From positions 118,234,001 to 118,298,000 of the forward strand of contig NC_042999.1 in NCBI RefSeq assembly GCF_006345805.1: a stretch of DNA of 64,000 nucleotides, in the 5' to 3' direction. The notes beneath the pieces were generated by a model that did not search any database, was not told the DNA's origin, and saw only the letters and a list, made by a program, of their open reading frames with translations. Below, in pieces: positions 1 to 12,263 of this stretch (position 1 is its first letter; each line of letters opens with the position of its first letter). This DNA is from Octopus sinensis (lineage: Eukaryota). A program made the position numbers and the translations under genes.

Positions 1-55
1 CCATCACCATCATCAACAACAACAACAACAGCAACAGCAGCATCAGAAGCAACAT
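1..55 (+). repeat. (CAT/CAA/CAG)n compound trinucleotide repeat
   Basis: Direct reading. Confidence 0.9.
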
Positions 56-339
56 ATTACATCATTAACACTAACACAACTACCTCTACACCATAATTTT
101 CTCTGTCCTCTTATATTTATTATAGAACAAATAAACTTTCATATAAAATCATACTTCTAAAAGTATTTTTTATATAAAATCATACTTCTAACATGATTGC
201 TATCATATCTTTATATCTTCCTAAACATTCCTCAGTTGAAATAAATAAGTAACTAAATAAATAAATGATTGAATAAGTTAATTCAGAGTCTTTCATTCTG
301 TACTGATAAATGAAGATACTGAAAACTAACCAGAAATAG

Positions 340-453
340 GTTTCCACAAAAGAAGCAACATTAAAGTAAGAGTCAAAGAATTTTTTCCTCAGCAAGCATT
401 AAAACACATTCAGCAATTCCAGAATTTGGTTTTGAGATATGGAAATGTTAAAG
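340..453 (+). CDS. Probable penultimate coding exon of an unidentified gene ([38 protein letters not shown])
   Basis: Branch-point-like ACTAAC at 325-330, acceptor AG at 338-339, open 114-nt frame, donor AAAG|GTAACT at 453/454. Phase 1 end matches the exon at 1597. Product not recognised. Confidence 0.55.
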
Positions 454-469
454 GTAACTCTTTTTTTCT

Positions 470-474
470 TTCTT

Positions 475-528
<54 letters not shown>

Positions 529-545
529 CCTTCCTTCCTTCCTTC

Positions 546-579
<34 letters not shown>

Positions 580-633
580 CTTTCTTTCTTTCTCTTCTTT
601 CTTTCTCTTTCTTTCTTTCTCTTTCTTTCTTTC

Positions 634-672
<39 letters not shown>

Positions 673-847
673 CTCTCTCCTTCTTTCTTCCTTCCTTCCT
701 TCCTTCCTTTCTTTCTTTCTTTCTTTCTTTCTCTCTCTCTCTCTCTCTCTTCTTTCTTTCTTTCTTCCTTCCTTTCTTTCTTTCTTTCTTTCTTTCTTTC
801 TCTCTCTCTTTCTTTCTTTCTTCCTTCCTTCTTTCCTTCCTTCCTGC

Positions 848-878
<31 letters not shown>

Positions 879-948
879 TATTCCTTCCTTCCTTCCTTTC
901 TTTCTTTCTTTCTTTCTTTATTTCTTTCTTTCTTTCTTTCTTTCTTTA
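470..948 (+). repeat. Polypyrimidine (CT)n/(CTTT)n/(CCTT)n tract, about 480 bp
   Basis: Direct reading. It generates the spurious F/L/S ORFs 426-1037 and 439-972. Confidence 0.97.
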
Positions 949-1102
949 TTCATCAAGCCCATGTTGAATTGAATAAAGCAAGTCACCAATGGATTATCAT
1001 AAATATAAAACACATTTCAAACAATAATTTTGTTTGACATCACAAGTTTTACGTGTGCTTCTACCTGTTTGTATATGGATGTAAGTTTGTGTGAATGTGT
1101 AG

Positions 1103-1150
1103 GGGAGAGAGAGAGAGAGAGAGCGAGAGAGAGAAAGAGAGAGAGAGAGA
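1103..1150 (+). repeat. (GA)n tract
   Basis: Direct reading. Confidence 0.95.
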
Positions 1151-1596
1151 AGTGGGAGAAAGAAAAATGATGAGTTGTGTTTATACAAGTTTAGATATAA
1201 GATATGCATTTCAATGATCATGTTTGTTTGGCTATTGCTTGTGACAAATGCATCTGCATGAATGTGGCTGTGTACATTAATGTTGTATCACATGCTACTG
1301 ACAGAACAGAAGAAACAGGAAAGTAAATAATTTGAACGTTTAGATAAATAAACTAAGGAAATATCTTCTGAATAGATAGTAATTTGTGAAATCAAGGAAA
1401 CAATAAAAGAAAAGAAAACAAAGAGAAAAAGCAGAGAGAAAAAGAAGAAAACACATGTTAAGCAAGTTAATTGGCTGATATGATGTCAAGTCCTCAAAAT
1501 ATAATGATTACTGTATTTTTTTACTTGCTATAAAATGTAATAAGTAAACGTACACATGTTGCTGAATATATTTTAAACAATTTTGAATTTATGTAG

Positions 1597-1637
1597 AACG
1601 TAAGGTGATTGACTGGCGAAGAGGATTAGATTTATGA
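1597..1637 (+). CDS. Probable terminal coding exon (E-RKVIDWRRGLDL-stop)
   Basis: Acceptor tttatgtAG|, phase-compatible with exon 340-453 (G|AA = Glu), TGA at 1635-1637, followed by AT-rich UTR-like sequence. Confidence 0.5.
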
Positions 1638-2013
1638 ATAAGAATGAGTTTAAGAAAGCTGTTAACGTAGTACATGCATGGAAAACTATACATTTTGTGA
1701 CAACAGTTAATAAGCATCAGTGGATATTAAGTTACCAGATCACTAAAAATTCATATAAACTTATTGTTGACTGCATTGGTTTAGTATGCTTCATCTTAAT
1801 CAAGCAAACAGATTTTCCAAATATTAATGCTAACATGCTGTTTACTATTATGAAATCATTCAATCTAGGGTAGCTTATAGGAATCTTAAAGTGCAGAAAT
1901 GATAAGTAATTCAATTTATTTATTGTGGGAGGTTCAAAGGTACAATTGATCTATGGGGACTTGAACTCAGCTTATAAAAAACTGTAACTTAATGAAGGTA
2001 TCTTATTCAATGC

Positions 2014-2062
<49 letters not shown>

Positions 2063-2080
2063 GTGTGTCTGTGTGTCTGT

Positions 2081-2366
2081 GGTGGCGCAATGGCCCAGTG
2101 GTTAGGCAGCGAACTCACAGTCGTGGGATTGTGGTTTCAATTCCCAGACCAGGCGTTGTGAGTGTTTATTGAGCAAAAACACCTACAGCTCCATGCAGCT
2201 CCAGTAGGGAGTGGTGGCGATCCCTGCTGTACTCTTTCACCGCAACTTTCTCTCACTCTTTCTTCTGTTGGCCTGCTCCCTTAGCCAGTGGGGTGGCATC
2301 ATTTGAAGGCTAAAACTATGCAAAGCACATCGTGACCAGCAATGTGTAGCGATGGTCGGTCACGTG
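2081..2366 (+). mobile_element. tRNA-derived SINE (family D)
   Basis: A box TGGCCCAGTGG (2091-2101), B-box-like GTTTCAATTCC. A second copy lies in reverse at about 53290-53563. Confidence 0.8.
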
Positions 2367-3502
2367 ATATATATATATATTCTAATTATTACATTAAGGG
2401 CTGTTGCTATAAGTAAAGCCACATGCTGGAAAGAGATGCTAAAGTCCAACTACTTTATCAAAACACACATGCTGAAGTTGAGGAAATGAATGCTGGTTAC
2501 TTGATAAAATCTTACATAAATTTTATCCTTATATTTAATTGATATATATATATATATCAACAAATAACAACAAATGGATGGTGGTTCACAACAGGCGTTT
2601 CAGACATGTTTTTTATTGATTATCTGAAGTGTTATATTGTGCAGGTGAATACAGATGAGAATTAAACATTTTGAACTACTGAAGAACAAGTACATAGTGC
2701 CATATGACTCTACCAACCCATATATATATATATATCCATCCCATATTAACATAGATAATCAGATGAAAATTATTTTAATACAAAACAACACTTTTACTAC
2801 TACAGTATGTGTAGATTAGCAAATTTGTCTTACATTTTATCATTAGAAATCTAATTCTTACTTTTACATAAAATTATGTATATATGTATTCCATGTACAA
2901 AGCTATCTCTTTTATGATAAGGTAAGAAAGGGAGACATAGTATATAATTTTATTAGGAGGATAAAAGAAATCATGTAGAATAGCCTGAAATACATCATGT
3001 GATATGTGAAATGTATGAGAAAAATATACTGTTACAGTTGAGCTATAGAAAACATCAGATAAAACAAATTACATATTACAGCAAAATACTAAAGAAACTG
3101 AATCTTTTTTTCACATGTTGTGGAAGATTCTATTTTAGAAGCACTAAAATTACATACTGTAAATAGATGGGAATTAACTAACTTCAAAGTAATATGATGA
3201 TTCGTTAATGTTTAGTATATGTAAGTATAATTTCAAATCTTTTATTGTGTATGTATATCATCATCATTTTACATCCATTTTCCCATGTTAACATGGGTTA
3301 GATGGAATTTATTGAGGTAGATTTTTCTATGGCCAGATACCTTTCCAATCAACAACCATCCCCTGTTTCCAAATAATATAATATTTCCCATGATCAGATA
3401 TGTCTCGGGAGATTGGAAATGAAGGACATCTGTTTGCTTACACCTGTTACAAATTATCAAAGCAAAAAGACAATAACACACACACACATATATTCTTTTA
3501 TT

Positions 3503-3875
3503 TTTTTACTTGTTTCAGTTATTTAACTACAGCCATGCTGGAGCACTGTTTTGTAGGGATTTAGTAGAACAAATCAACCTCAAGATTTATTTTTCAAGCC
3601 TAGTACTTATTCTGTTGGTCTCTTTTGACATACTGCTAAGTTATGAGGATGTAAGCACACCAACACCAGTTGTCAAGTAGTGATGGGAGGACAAGCACAG
3701 GCACAAAGACACAATCCCCCCACCACACACACACACACATATATGACAGGCTTCTTTCAGTTTCTGTGTCTCGAATCCACTCACAAGGCTGTGGCTGGCT
3801 ATAGTAGAAGACACTTGCTCAAGGTGCCCTACAGCAGGACTGAACCTGGAACCATTGGGAAGCAAGCTACTTACA
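3503..3875 (-). mobile_element. tRNA-derived SINE (family A, abundant octopus type)
   Basis: Shares ggcaccttgggcaagtgtcttctactatagc and the tail gcatggcc..agtc..atgactgaaacaagtaaaa with many other copies in the window. Confidence 0.85.
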
Positions 3876-4840
3876 ACATAGTGATGTCTGTACCTATATA
3901 TCTATCTATCTATCTATTTATCTATCTATTTATATATATATATCTATATATATATATATATGTATATATATCTATATATATCTATATATATGTACACAAA
4001 CACACACACACATGCAACAATACATGTATGTATCTGTCTGTCTGTCTATCTCTCTCTCTCTTCATATATGTGTGTGTGTCACTATTTCAAATGCTATACC
4101 TTTAATCCTTTATTAAAACCATACACAAAACTCTTGAAGTCTGTATTTTAGGGAAAAAAACGTTCCATTCATGCACACATATGACAACATTCATAGCTAA
4201 TAAGATTATTTTATCTTCAAAACAAAACATTGCTGATTCTAAAATAGAAATGAATATTCAAATGGTATTTTTAACTGTTTCCCTTATATGTCTGTCATGC
4301 TACAAAAGGAAACTTAATTCTTAAAATGTTGAATTTTTTTCTGATCGCTGGAAGGAGGTATTTTACAAATGAATTCTCTTCTATACAAGTGAGTTAAAAA
4401 GGAAATGAACATTCTCGCTGTATTTTCTCATTTAGATTCAGGGCACAATTAATCGTTGATGCAAAAAGACTGGAAAATGTTAGTTACATACTTTAATAAT
4501 CTAGAATATTTTTCAAATGACTTGAACCAAGCATCCAGTTCATTAATATTATACAAATTACACTTTGCTGTCAAATAAATTTCAAAATTGCTTGCTTGCT
4601 TAAGGATAACTGTAATTTAAACTGCATAGAATGACTAATAACTGCTTATAGCAAATATATTTATGCATATGGTTCTAGGTAGATGTGTGTGTAATCAGCA
4701 CTTTAAATTCATATATCATCCATTGCTTGCACTGATAGTTAAGTATGCCAGTGTCCATAAATTGGAATTTGTGAAGAAAGGAACATATGTTCAAAAGTTA
4801 AAATTTTGTTGAAGTAACTGTCTTGTGTTTCTTATTTATT

Positions 4841-5295
4841 TATTGCCCACAAGGGGCTAAATATAGAGGGGACAAACAAGGACAGACAAAGGAATTAAGT
4901 CGATTACATCAACCCCAGTGCATAACTGGTACTTAATTTATCGACCCCCAAAAGGATGAAAGGCAAAGTTGACCTTGGCGGAATTTGAACTCAGAACGTA
5001 ACAGCAGACAAAATACAGCTACGTATTTCGCCCAATGTGCTAACGTTTCTGCCAGCTCGCTGCCCTCCTATTTCTTTACTACCCACAAGGGGCTAAACAC
5101 AGAGAGGACAAACAAGGTCAGAAAAACGGATTAAGTCGATTATATCGACCCCAGTGCGTAACTGGTACTTAATTTATCGACCCCGAAAGGATGAAAGGCA
5201 AAGTCAACCTTGGAGTAATTTGAACTCAGAACGTAACGGCAGACGAAATACTGCTAAGTAATTTGCCCGGTGTGCTAACATGTCTGCCAGCTCAT
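4841..5295 (-). mobile_element. Two tandem copies of a tRNA-derived SINE with a Nin/Deu-like core (family B)
   Basis: Near-identical units at about 4841-5065 and 5075-5295. On the minus strand: gagctggcagaa head, gagttcaaattcc B box, ctttcatcctttcggggtcgataaattaagtaccag core. Confidence 0.85.
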
Positions 5296-6268
5296 CAACT
5301 GTCTTATGTTTCTTGGTAAGATGCATTACTGTTTTGTGAAACTCTAGTTGAAATTGGATTCTATTTTTCTTATATAGTACAAGATATAATAATATTACTT
5401 AATAGTAGTACTTAATGTTTGTGAATGTATGCATTTATTTATTCAGCTGTATATATATGCTGGATTGAATGCATATACAATGTTGCTATCAAAATTGTTT
5501 GCATGATTTTTGTGTGTGACAATATGTGTTTGTGAGTATATTTCAGTAACTATACTAGTGTTTCATATTAGTATCAAAGTAATATAAGCAATCATTAGTA
5601 GACACAAAATAAAGATAGTTCAGTTGAGATAACAACTGTATGTATATCTCCTACACACATTCTGGCAAGTTTGATATGTGATACTATCATAAGTCATACA
5701 AACCTATATACACATACATGTATGTGTGCTCGTGTGAGTAAATGAATAACAAATGAAAAATATTACCAAGTAAAAAATGTGTTGCCATAAAGAGGATCTT
5801 GAACATTAACATTGTCAGACATTATCATCATGACATGACAAAACTAATTCTAAAAACAAAATACAAACTCAGAACAATGAACGAGACAGATTATAGCATT
5901 TCAGTCATCAGAAGTTACTATTTATAAATGGTGTCTATTAATATTGAAAATGTAAAATTCCCTGCTAGTGTACTCATTGAACTCCTGTTAAAGCCATATC
6001 AAATAGGGTACAATTATTACCACCAAACTATTTTAGGTTGCAAGAAAGACTAATCCTGAAAATCAGGGACATCATCATCATCATTATCATCATCATCATC
6101 ATCATCTCAAAAGTTATTCTAGTCAACAATGAAAAAAATTGTCTGAATAACAGATTTAAGTATATCAACTTTTGAGAAAAGAATGGCGAGTAATATACTC
6201 TAGAGGAATTACTGGGAGACATTTAGTAACAATCAAGTGCACCAAGGATTATTTAAAATCTGGTTTAA

Positions 6269-6488
6269 CCCTTTCATTACTGTATTTATTTTGAGATGCT
6301 CTGTGTTTCTTTCAATTACTTTAAATATAACAAAGAATTTAGTAAAATAACTTAGTTACCATTCAGCTGGTATTAGGAACATAAATTGTGACTAAAGTTT
6401 GGTGGAAGATTTTAATTCAAAACTTATGAAAACAAGACATTTGTACTTAGAGCCAGAGCTGGTTTCAGCCAGGTTGGTAATGAAAAGG
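6269..6488 (+). mobile_element. piggyBac-type MITE
   Basis: TTAA|CCCTTTCATTAC ... GTAATGAAAAGG|TTAA, i.e. TTAA TSD with TIRs starting CCCT. Second copy in reverse at 14269-14473. Confidence 0.85.
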
Positions 6489-7549
6489 TTAAAAGATTGT
6501 AGGTTTTGAAAAATTGTCCATAAATATTCTCTTTCTGAATGACTTGGAAAAAGTATCAATTTCTTTTTTTGACAACTGTAGTCAAGAAAATTACATCACT
6601 TTTCTGTCCTAACGACTATATTAGGTCTAATATTTGTGTTTGGCTGAAGTTTGAATTGGAATGTTCAAACTAATAATCTTACTGTGTTGAAGTATATAAA
6701 TTTATTCAACATCAGTAATAGTTTGATGTTTCTCTCATAGCAGGCTTTCCTACAAATGGTATTTGACTGTTCATTTAATAACATCAACACTTTGCATGGG
6801 GAGGTAAAACCATAATGAAATTTTAGGGAAGTAGCTGAATTCATTATTAATATCTTCCATAGATGTATGAAATAATTCACATTTTCAGTCGCTTCCTGAG
6901 AGGTTGCACTGCTTTAGTTCAACACATATTTTGCTGCTGTCTTTTGAATTGCAAATGTGTGGTTTTCAAAATGTGATGTAATATAATGGTCATAAGTCCA
7001 AGTGAGGCTACACATTTTAATATTTGCATAATTCACAAGTTTATAGGAACGTTAACATTTATTGTTATGAAGAGTGTTTCCCTTTCGTTTGTTGAGTTAT
7101 GTTTGTCCAGCATGGGACATCATCAGAGAATGAGTACTTCTTGAGAAATTCCCTACCAACCTGTACAATGTTCTCTTAACTTCTGAACATTTAGTTGACT
7201 TCATTCTACTACTGTTCTTTAGCAAATGTTATTTATGTGATACTTTGTCCCGATTTTATCCTGACTAATCCTTATTTTTTATCTTACTATATTTTCATAT
7301 ATTTTGATACAATCTGTTCCTATTACTACTTCTATGGAGTCTGCAAATTGGTGTCATGTTTTTGCTAGTTTAATATCAGAAAAGTACAGTGCATTGTAAG
7401 ATATAATTTTCTTTTGCAAGATGCAAGTTCTGACAGAATATCTTCAAAGCTCTTCAGTCTCTCTTTATTCAATCACATTTCTATAATTTTTTTGTGACTA
7501 CTAAGGTACTTGTAGTCATTAATTTGCTACTTTATCATGCAGCCAGAGG

Positions 7550-7830
7550 GGAGAGGAAGACCATTTTCGGTTTTGGAAGCAATTTTACCATGTTTAAATA
7601 TCATTTCTTTGAGCTGTATTCCATCCATATATCAGCTAGATTGAAAATCTTAAATCCAATTGTTTCTCAATGCAATATGTATTTCTAGTGTAATGATCTT
7701 TAGATAATCAGCAAAGAAATTATGGCTTATGCTTGTAAGTGTTGCTATTGTAAATCTTAGCTTATTGTGTAAAAGCCCAGCAAACCTCAGCACATAGTGC
7801 AAATGATATTTCTTTGAAAATGAAATACCA
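7550..7830 (-). pseudogene. Highly decayed LINE reverse-transcriptase remnant
   Basis: Minus frame SISHNFFADYLKII resembles the ISHLLFADDL motif. Stops in neighbouring sequence. Confidence 0.35.
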
Positions 7831-8109
7831 GTGAAATTTGTTTCAAAATAAAAATACATACAAAATAAATCATTGAAATATTCCATTTGATAGGGTTTTA
7901 ACAGCAGACAACACACTCATTATGCATTCAAGTAATAAGAGCAGAGTGTTCTTGACCAGGCCTTGGTGAGTATTTTAATGACATCAAAGAAGGAATGGGG
8001 CACAGGTACAGTTGCAAAATGCAGTAATTTCAGGTGTGAATAGTTAAATTCTTATCTGTAATCAAGTGACACTTTCACAAGATTTCCCCAGCTTTGTCTT
8101 TAATTTCAA

Positions 8110-9490
8110 TTGCACAGTGTTTTTAAAATAAAAATGGGTCTTAGAGTTAACGTAGCAAAAACCAAAGCCTTAGTAAGTAGGAAGGCAGACAAATCACAAG
8201 TACCTTCATGTAGATGGCCCTGCTCAATCTGTAGAAAAGGCGTAGGTAGTAACTCTGTAAGATTAACCAAGTGTAAGCTTTGGACACAAAGAAGGTGCAG
8301 TAATATCAGGAAAGTTAACAGGGGAAATAACTTTTGTGTGTGGAAGATGCACAGGTACAATAAACACCAAAAATATAAATAGAAAATAGACTCCATCAAC
8401 TGCCATGAGAGTAAACTAGAGGTAGAGATAGCTTCTGTTACCTAGATGTTCAAGTTAGTAGTGGAGGTGGATACTCTGAGCGTACAGCTGTAAGAATAAG
8501 ATTAGGCTGCACAAAGTTTAGAGAGCTCCTGCCACTGCTGGCAACAAATGCTTCTCTTTCTGAGTGAAAGGTAGATGGAATGATGCCTGTGTGCAAACAG
8601 CTATGCTATATGACAGTAAAACATGGGTTGTGACAGCCTAGGACATGCATAGGCTTGAAAGAAATAAAGCCAGTATGCTTCACCGGATGTGCAATGTCAG
8701 TGTGTATGTTTGACAGTGTAAGCATCTTGAGAGAAAAGTTAGGCATAAGAAGCATGGGATGTGGTGTGCAAGAGAGACAAATGTGCTGGTGTGGTCATAT
8801 GATGCGTATGATTGAGAACAGCTGTGTAAAAGTGCTGATCTCTCACAGTGGAAGGAACCTGTGATAGAAGTAGACTCAGGAAGACATGGGATGAGGTGGT
8901 GAAGCATGACTAGTGACTAAAATCTTTGGTGATATGCTGTGCTTGAGAAGACCCATCAAGCCAAGTGTAATCATAGTTGTGACTGATGCTAGTGTCGCGT
9001 AACTGATACCTATGCAGGTGGCACGTAAAATGTGCTTTTCAAGGAATCAGCATCACAGAGGCAAAGTGATTGAGCTCCTTTCGAGTGTTGGGTCTAAGAG
9101 AGAATATGACTGAGACCTTTGGCATTATGTTCTGCTTGAAAAGAAGACCCATCAAGCCAAGTAAAATTGCAGTCAAAGCATATACTGGTGTCACACAAAT
9201 GACACATGTGCCAGAGGTGCATAAAAACACTTTTCAGGTGTTGGGGCTTGACAAGAAGATCCATCAAGCAAAGTAAAACTGCAGTCATGGCAGATACTGG
9301 TGTGATGCAAATTGCATGTAAAAACACAATTACACTCTCAGAGTGGTTGGTATTAGGAAGGGCATCCAGTCATAGAAACCTAGCTAAAACAGACTAGTGC
9401 CTGGTGCAGCCTTCCAGCTTGCCAGCTCTGATCAAACTGTCCAACCCATGCCAGCATGGACAACAGACATCAGATGATGATGATGATGGT
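8110..9490 (+). mobile_element. RTE-clade LINE 3' fragment (RT C-terminus with PHD-like zinc-finger insert, frameshifted) plus 3' UTR and (GAT)n tail
   Basis: GLRVNVAKTK..RWPCSICRKGVGSNS..CKLW..RCS, then LREKLGIRSMGCGVQERQMCWCGHMMRM. Ends ccaacccatgccagcatgg...gatgatgat. Confidence 0.85.
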
Positions 9491-9589
9491 GATGTTTTGG
9501 CTCATATTCTTGCTTGCTTCTTCCCACTGTCCTGCTCATCAATTACTACTTGATAAGGTTTGTTATCTTGAAGAATTTATCAAAACAGT

Positions 9590-9697
9590 AGAAACTCTGC
9601 CAGATCAAATAGGTGCAGCCATCTAGCTCACCAGTCCTCAGTCAAACCGTCCAACCCATGCCAGCATGGAAAGCAGACGTTAAATGATGATGATGAA
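9590..9697 (+). mobile_element. RTE-tail-derived short repeat (family C)
   Basis: tcagtcaaaccgtccaacccatgccagcatggaaagcagacgttaaatgatgatgat, same 3' end as 9430-9490. Confidence 0.8.
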
Positions 9698-10059
9698 GAG
9701 GAGGATGACATTGGAATGACTTTCTCTAAAATGTCAACCAATATCCAACTATTATTGTTAAACTGATGCCTTCTAATTTTCCATCTTCCCACAGCTTCTG
9801 TAAACATTTCATACTTCATATTTCATGATTTTCTATTTGAGTTGAAATAGTTTTCTATCATGAGAATATTCATTCATGGTACATTATGGTTGAAATCCTT
9901 AATTTTATTTTATATATAAGATGAAAATAATTTTTGACTTTCCTGAATTTGACCTCTGTTTTATTTCATCTTTCTGTGTACAATTATGGGAAAGAAGTAA
10001 ACTTATGATAAATTCTGACTCATTGGTGTAACTTTATTTCTTTTCTTTTTCTTTTTAAT

Positions 10060-10270
10060 AAATGAGTTTCAACCTCATTGCCTTGAGTGCATGCTTTGAA
10101 ATTATTAACTTCTCTTCAAACTTGGAACATATTAAATTTCTTCCTACAGTAGTCAGATCTTCATAAGATGTGGTGCCTGTGAACTTATTCATCTTACACC
10201 TTACAATGACATCTAAATATTTGATTCTGTTGTGGAGCAACCTGGTGATACTTTCCGCTGGATTCATAAT
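10060..10270 (-). pseudogene. Decayed non-LTR RT fragment (RTE/L1-like)
   Basis: ITRLLHNRIKYLDVIV...F.GTTSYEDL...RNLI aligns by eye with the RT segment ILARIL.NRIK..LD...Q.GF..GRS..D....RN.I. Confidence 0.45.
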
Positions 10271-11389
10271 CTACATAGGTTCCTTACATTAAATTATTTA
10301 ATTACTAGATATGCTGCAGTTATTTCCTAGTTCTTTTAGGATTGTATCTTCTTGATTTTCCATACATGTTGCAACAATATCCAACAATAACATCAATAAC
10401 TTTTTATATGAGAATGGTTGAGTTTTGTTTTTTTCTGTATTCTGTTATCTAATGATAACCGAGGAAAAGAGGAAAAATTATTCTGAAAGTATGGTTTTAA
10501 AGTGTTTTTTTAATGTAGATAGCACATCGCTTGGTAAATGCCCAACAACTCACTTCCTTGCTATAGTACTATAGTTACTATCACATCACTACATTTCTGT
10601 CTGTTAGATAATTTTCAAGCAGATATTTGAGTGATGTTGATGGTGATGATGATATCAGCTACTTGTTTTCGTTTATACTGTTTTCTTCTATGAGAGCTTG
10701 TGGGTGGTTTTGGATATTTTTGAAAATTCACTCATATCACAGGAGGGGTATTAGCAAATAATACCAGGAACATGTTTTTATTTTTGATACCAAATGATGT
10801 AAAGTAGTTTAAATGTGTATTTTATCCTGGTAGTTATTTAAATGTTTCATATTATCAATACGAGGAATTTTACAGACACTCTAATAGCACCGTAGTGAAT
10901 ATAGGTTTAGAAGTGAAGATCAAATTAAGCTGATTGAATACTTACACCATCTTAGACAATTTACTTATTTGGTAGTATGTTGTTTATGGAATTGCTGTTG
11001 TTGTTAACAATGTCATACTAGGACAAAGTGAAATTTCCCTATCTAAGAAGTATTTTATATAATATTGATTTGTGTTTGAGAAATTAGGAGTTTTTCATAC
11101 AAAGCTAAAAGTATCTTAACATTTTTACTGCGATTTTGTGATCACTAAAAATGTAGGGGAAACATTAAAATAAAAGTTCATTTTAATGATCTTTGGTGCC
11201 TGAATATCTTTTGATGATGACAAAAGCTTGATATATTCTGCAGTGTAGTCTGATTAATAAGCTACAGGATAATTATATCATTTGGTGTATGTATATATGT
11301 GTGTGTGTGTGTGTGTGTGTATTTGTGTGTGTGTGTGTGTGTGTTGTGTGTGTGTGCGTGCATGTATGTGTATGTTTTCATCATCATAA

Positions 11390-11630
11390 TCATCATCGTT
11401 TAATGCCTGCTTTTTATGCTGGCATGGGTTGGACAGTTTGACTGAGAATTGGTAAGCCAGGAGGCTGCACTAGGCTCCAATCTGATCCAGCAAGGCTTCT
11501 ACAACTGGATGCCCTTCCTAACACCAACCACTCCAAGAGTGTAGTGGGTACCTTTTACGTACCACCAGCATGGGGCCCAGTCAGGCGGCACTGGCATCAA
11601 CCATGTGCGAATGTTCTTTACATGCCACCA
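11390..11630 (-). mobile_element. RTE-tail-derived repeat (family C), reverse
   Basis: catcatcgtttaatgcctgc...gctggcatgggttggacagtttgactgag is the reverse complement of the 9590-9697 end. Confidence 0.8.
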
Positions 11631-12263
11631 CCATAGGAGCCAGTCAGGTAGCATGTATGTATATAAACACATATACATATACAACATACTAACATATATA
11701 CATCACATTCTGAGGAATCCCCTTAAATTAGTACTGTGGTTTTACATTTCAATCACATTTTGGTGCCAAGGAAAAGTGCCATCTATTAGAGCCATGATAG
11801 AAACAATGTTTTTTTTAAGTGTTTATGTAAAATTTGACAAAAATCTTGGTGAAGCCTCTTGGGGGAGTCATCGTGTGTGTGTGCATGCACACACATGCAC
11901 TAAAGTATTTGGGAATAAATTTGAAATCTAAGCCTTTTTAATAAACATACAATCTTTGCCTATCTTTGGAAAATGAATGAAGTGATTACGTCTCAGGTGC
12001 TATCTCTCCATGGTCAGAAAAATTTGAGAAGTCAGTCTGATTAGTTTCTGGTCTTATTAGATCTTCATCACAAAAAAATATCCTTCTGTCTACTGAGAAA
12101 CTGTTTGGCACATATTCTTGCATGTTTCTTACCACTGACCTGCTCATCAGTTATTACTTGATAAGGCTTCATCAAAGTAAAAATATCCACTTTCTATCTG
12201 CTGAGAAATTAGTAGATTTTATTTTAAATCTCTGAGTGAGAGATATACAGTAACAGTATAAAA

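Noticed and set aside
180-395. Minus ORF resembling a membrane protein
   Set aside because: AT-rich composition explains the hydrophobicity, there are no splice partners, and it overlaps the better-supported plus exon antisense.
426-1037. 203-aa and 177-aa ORFs rich in F/L/S
   Set aside because: Translations of the CT/CTTT microsatellite. Only the first few codons of 426-1037 overlap the real candidate exon.
10055-10267. Possible host exon (ESITRLLHNRIK...)
   Set aside because: Better explained as a decayed LINE RT segment. The plus-strand frame has an internal TAA.
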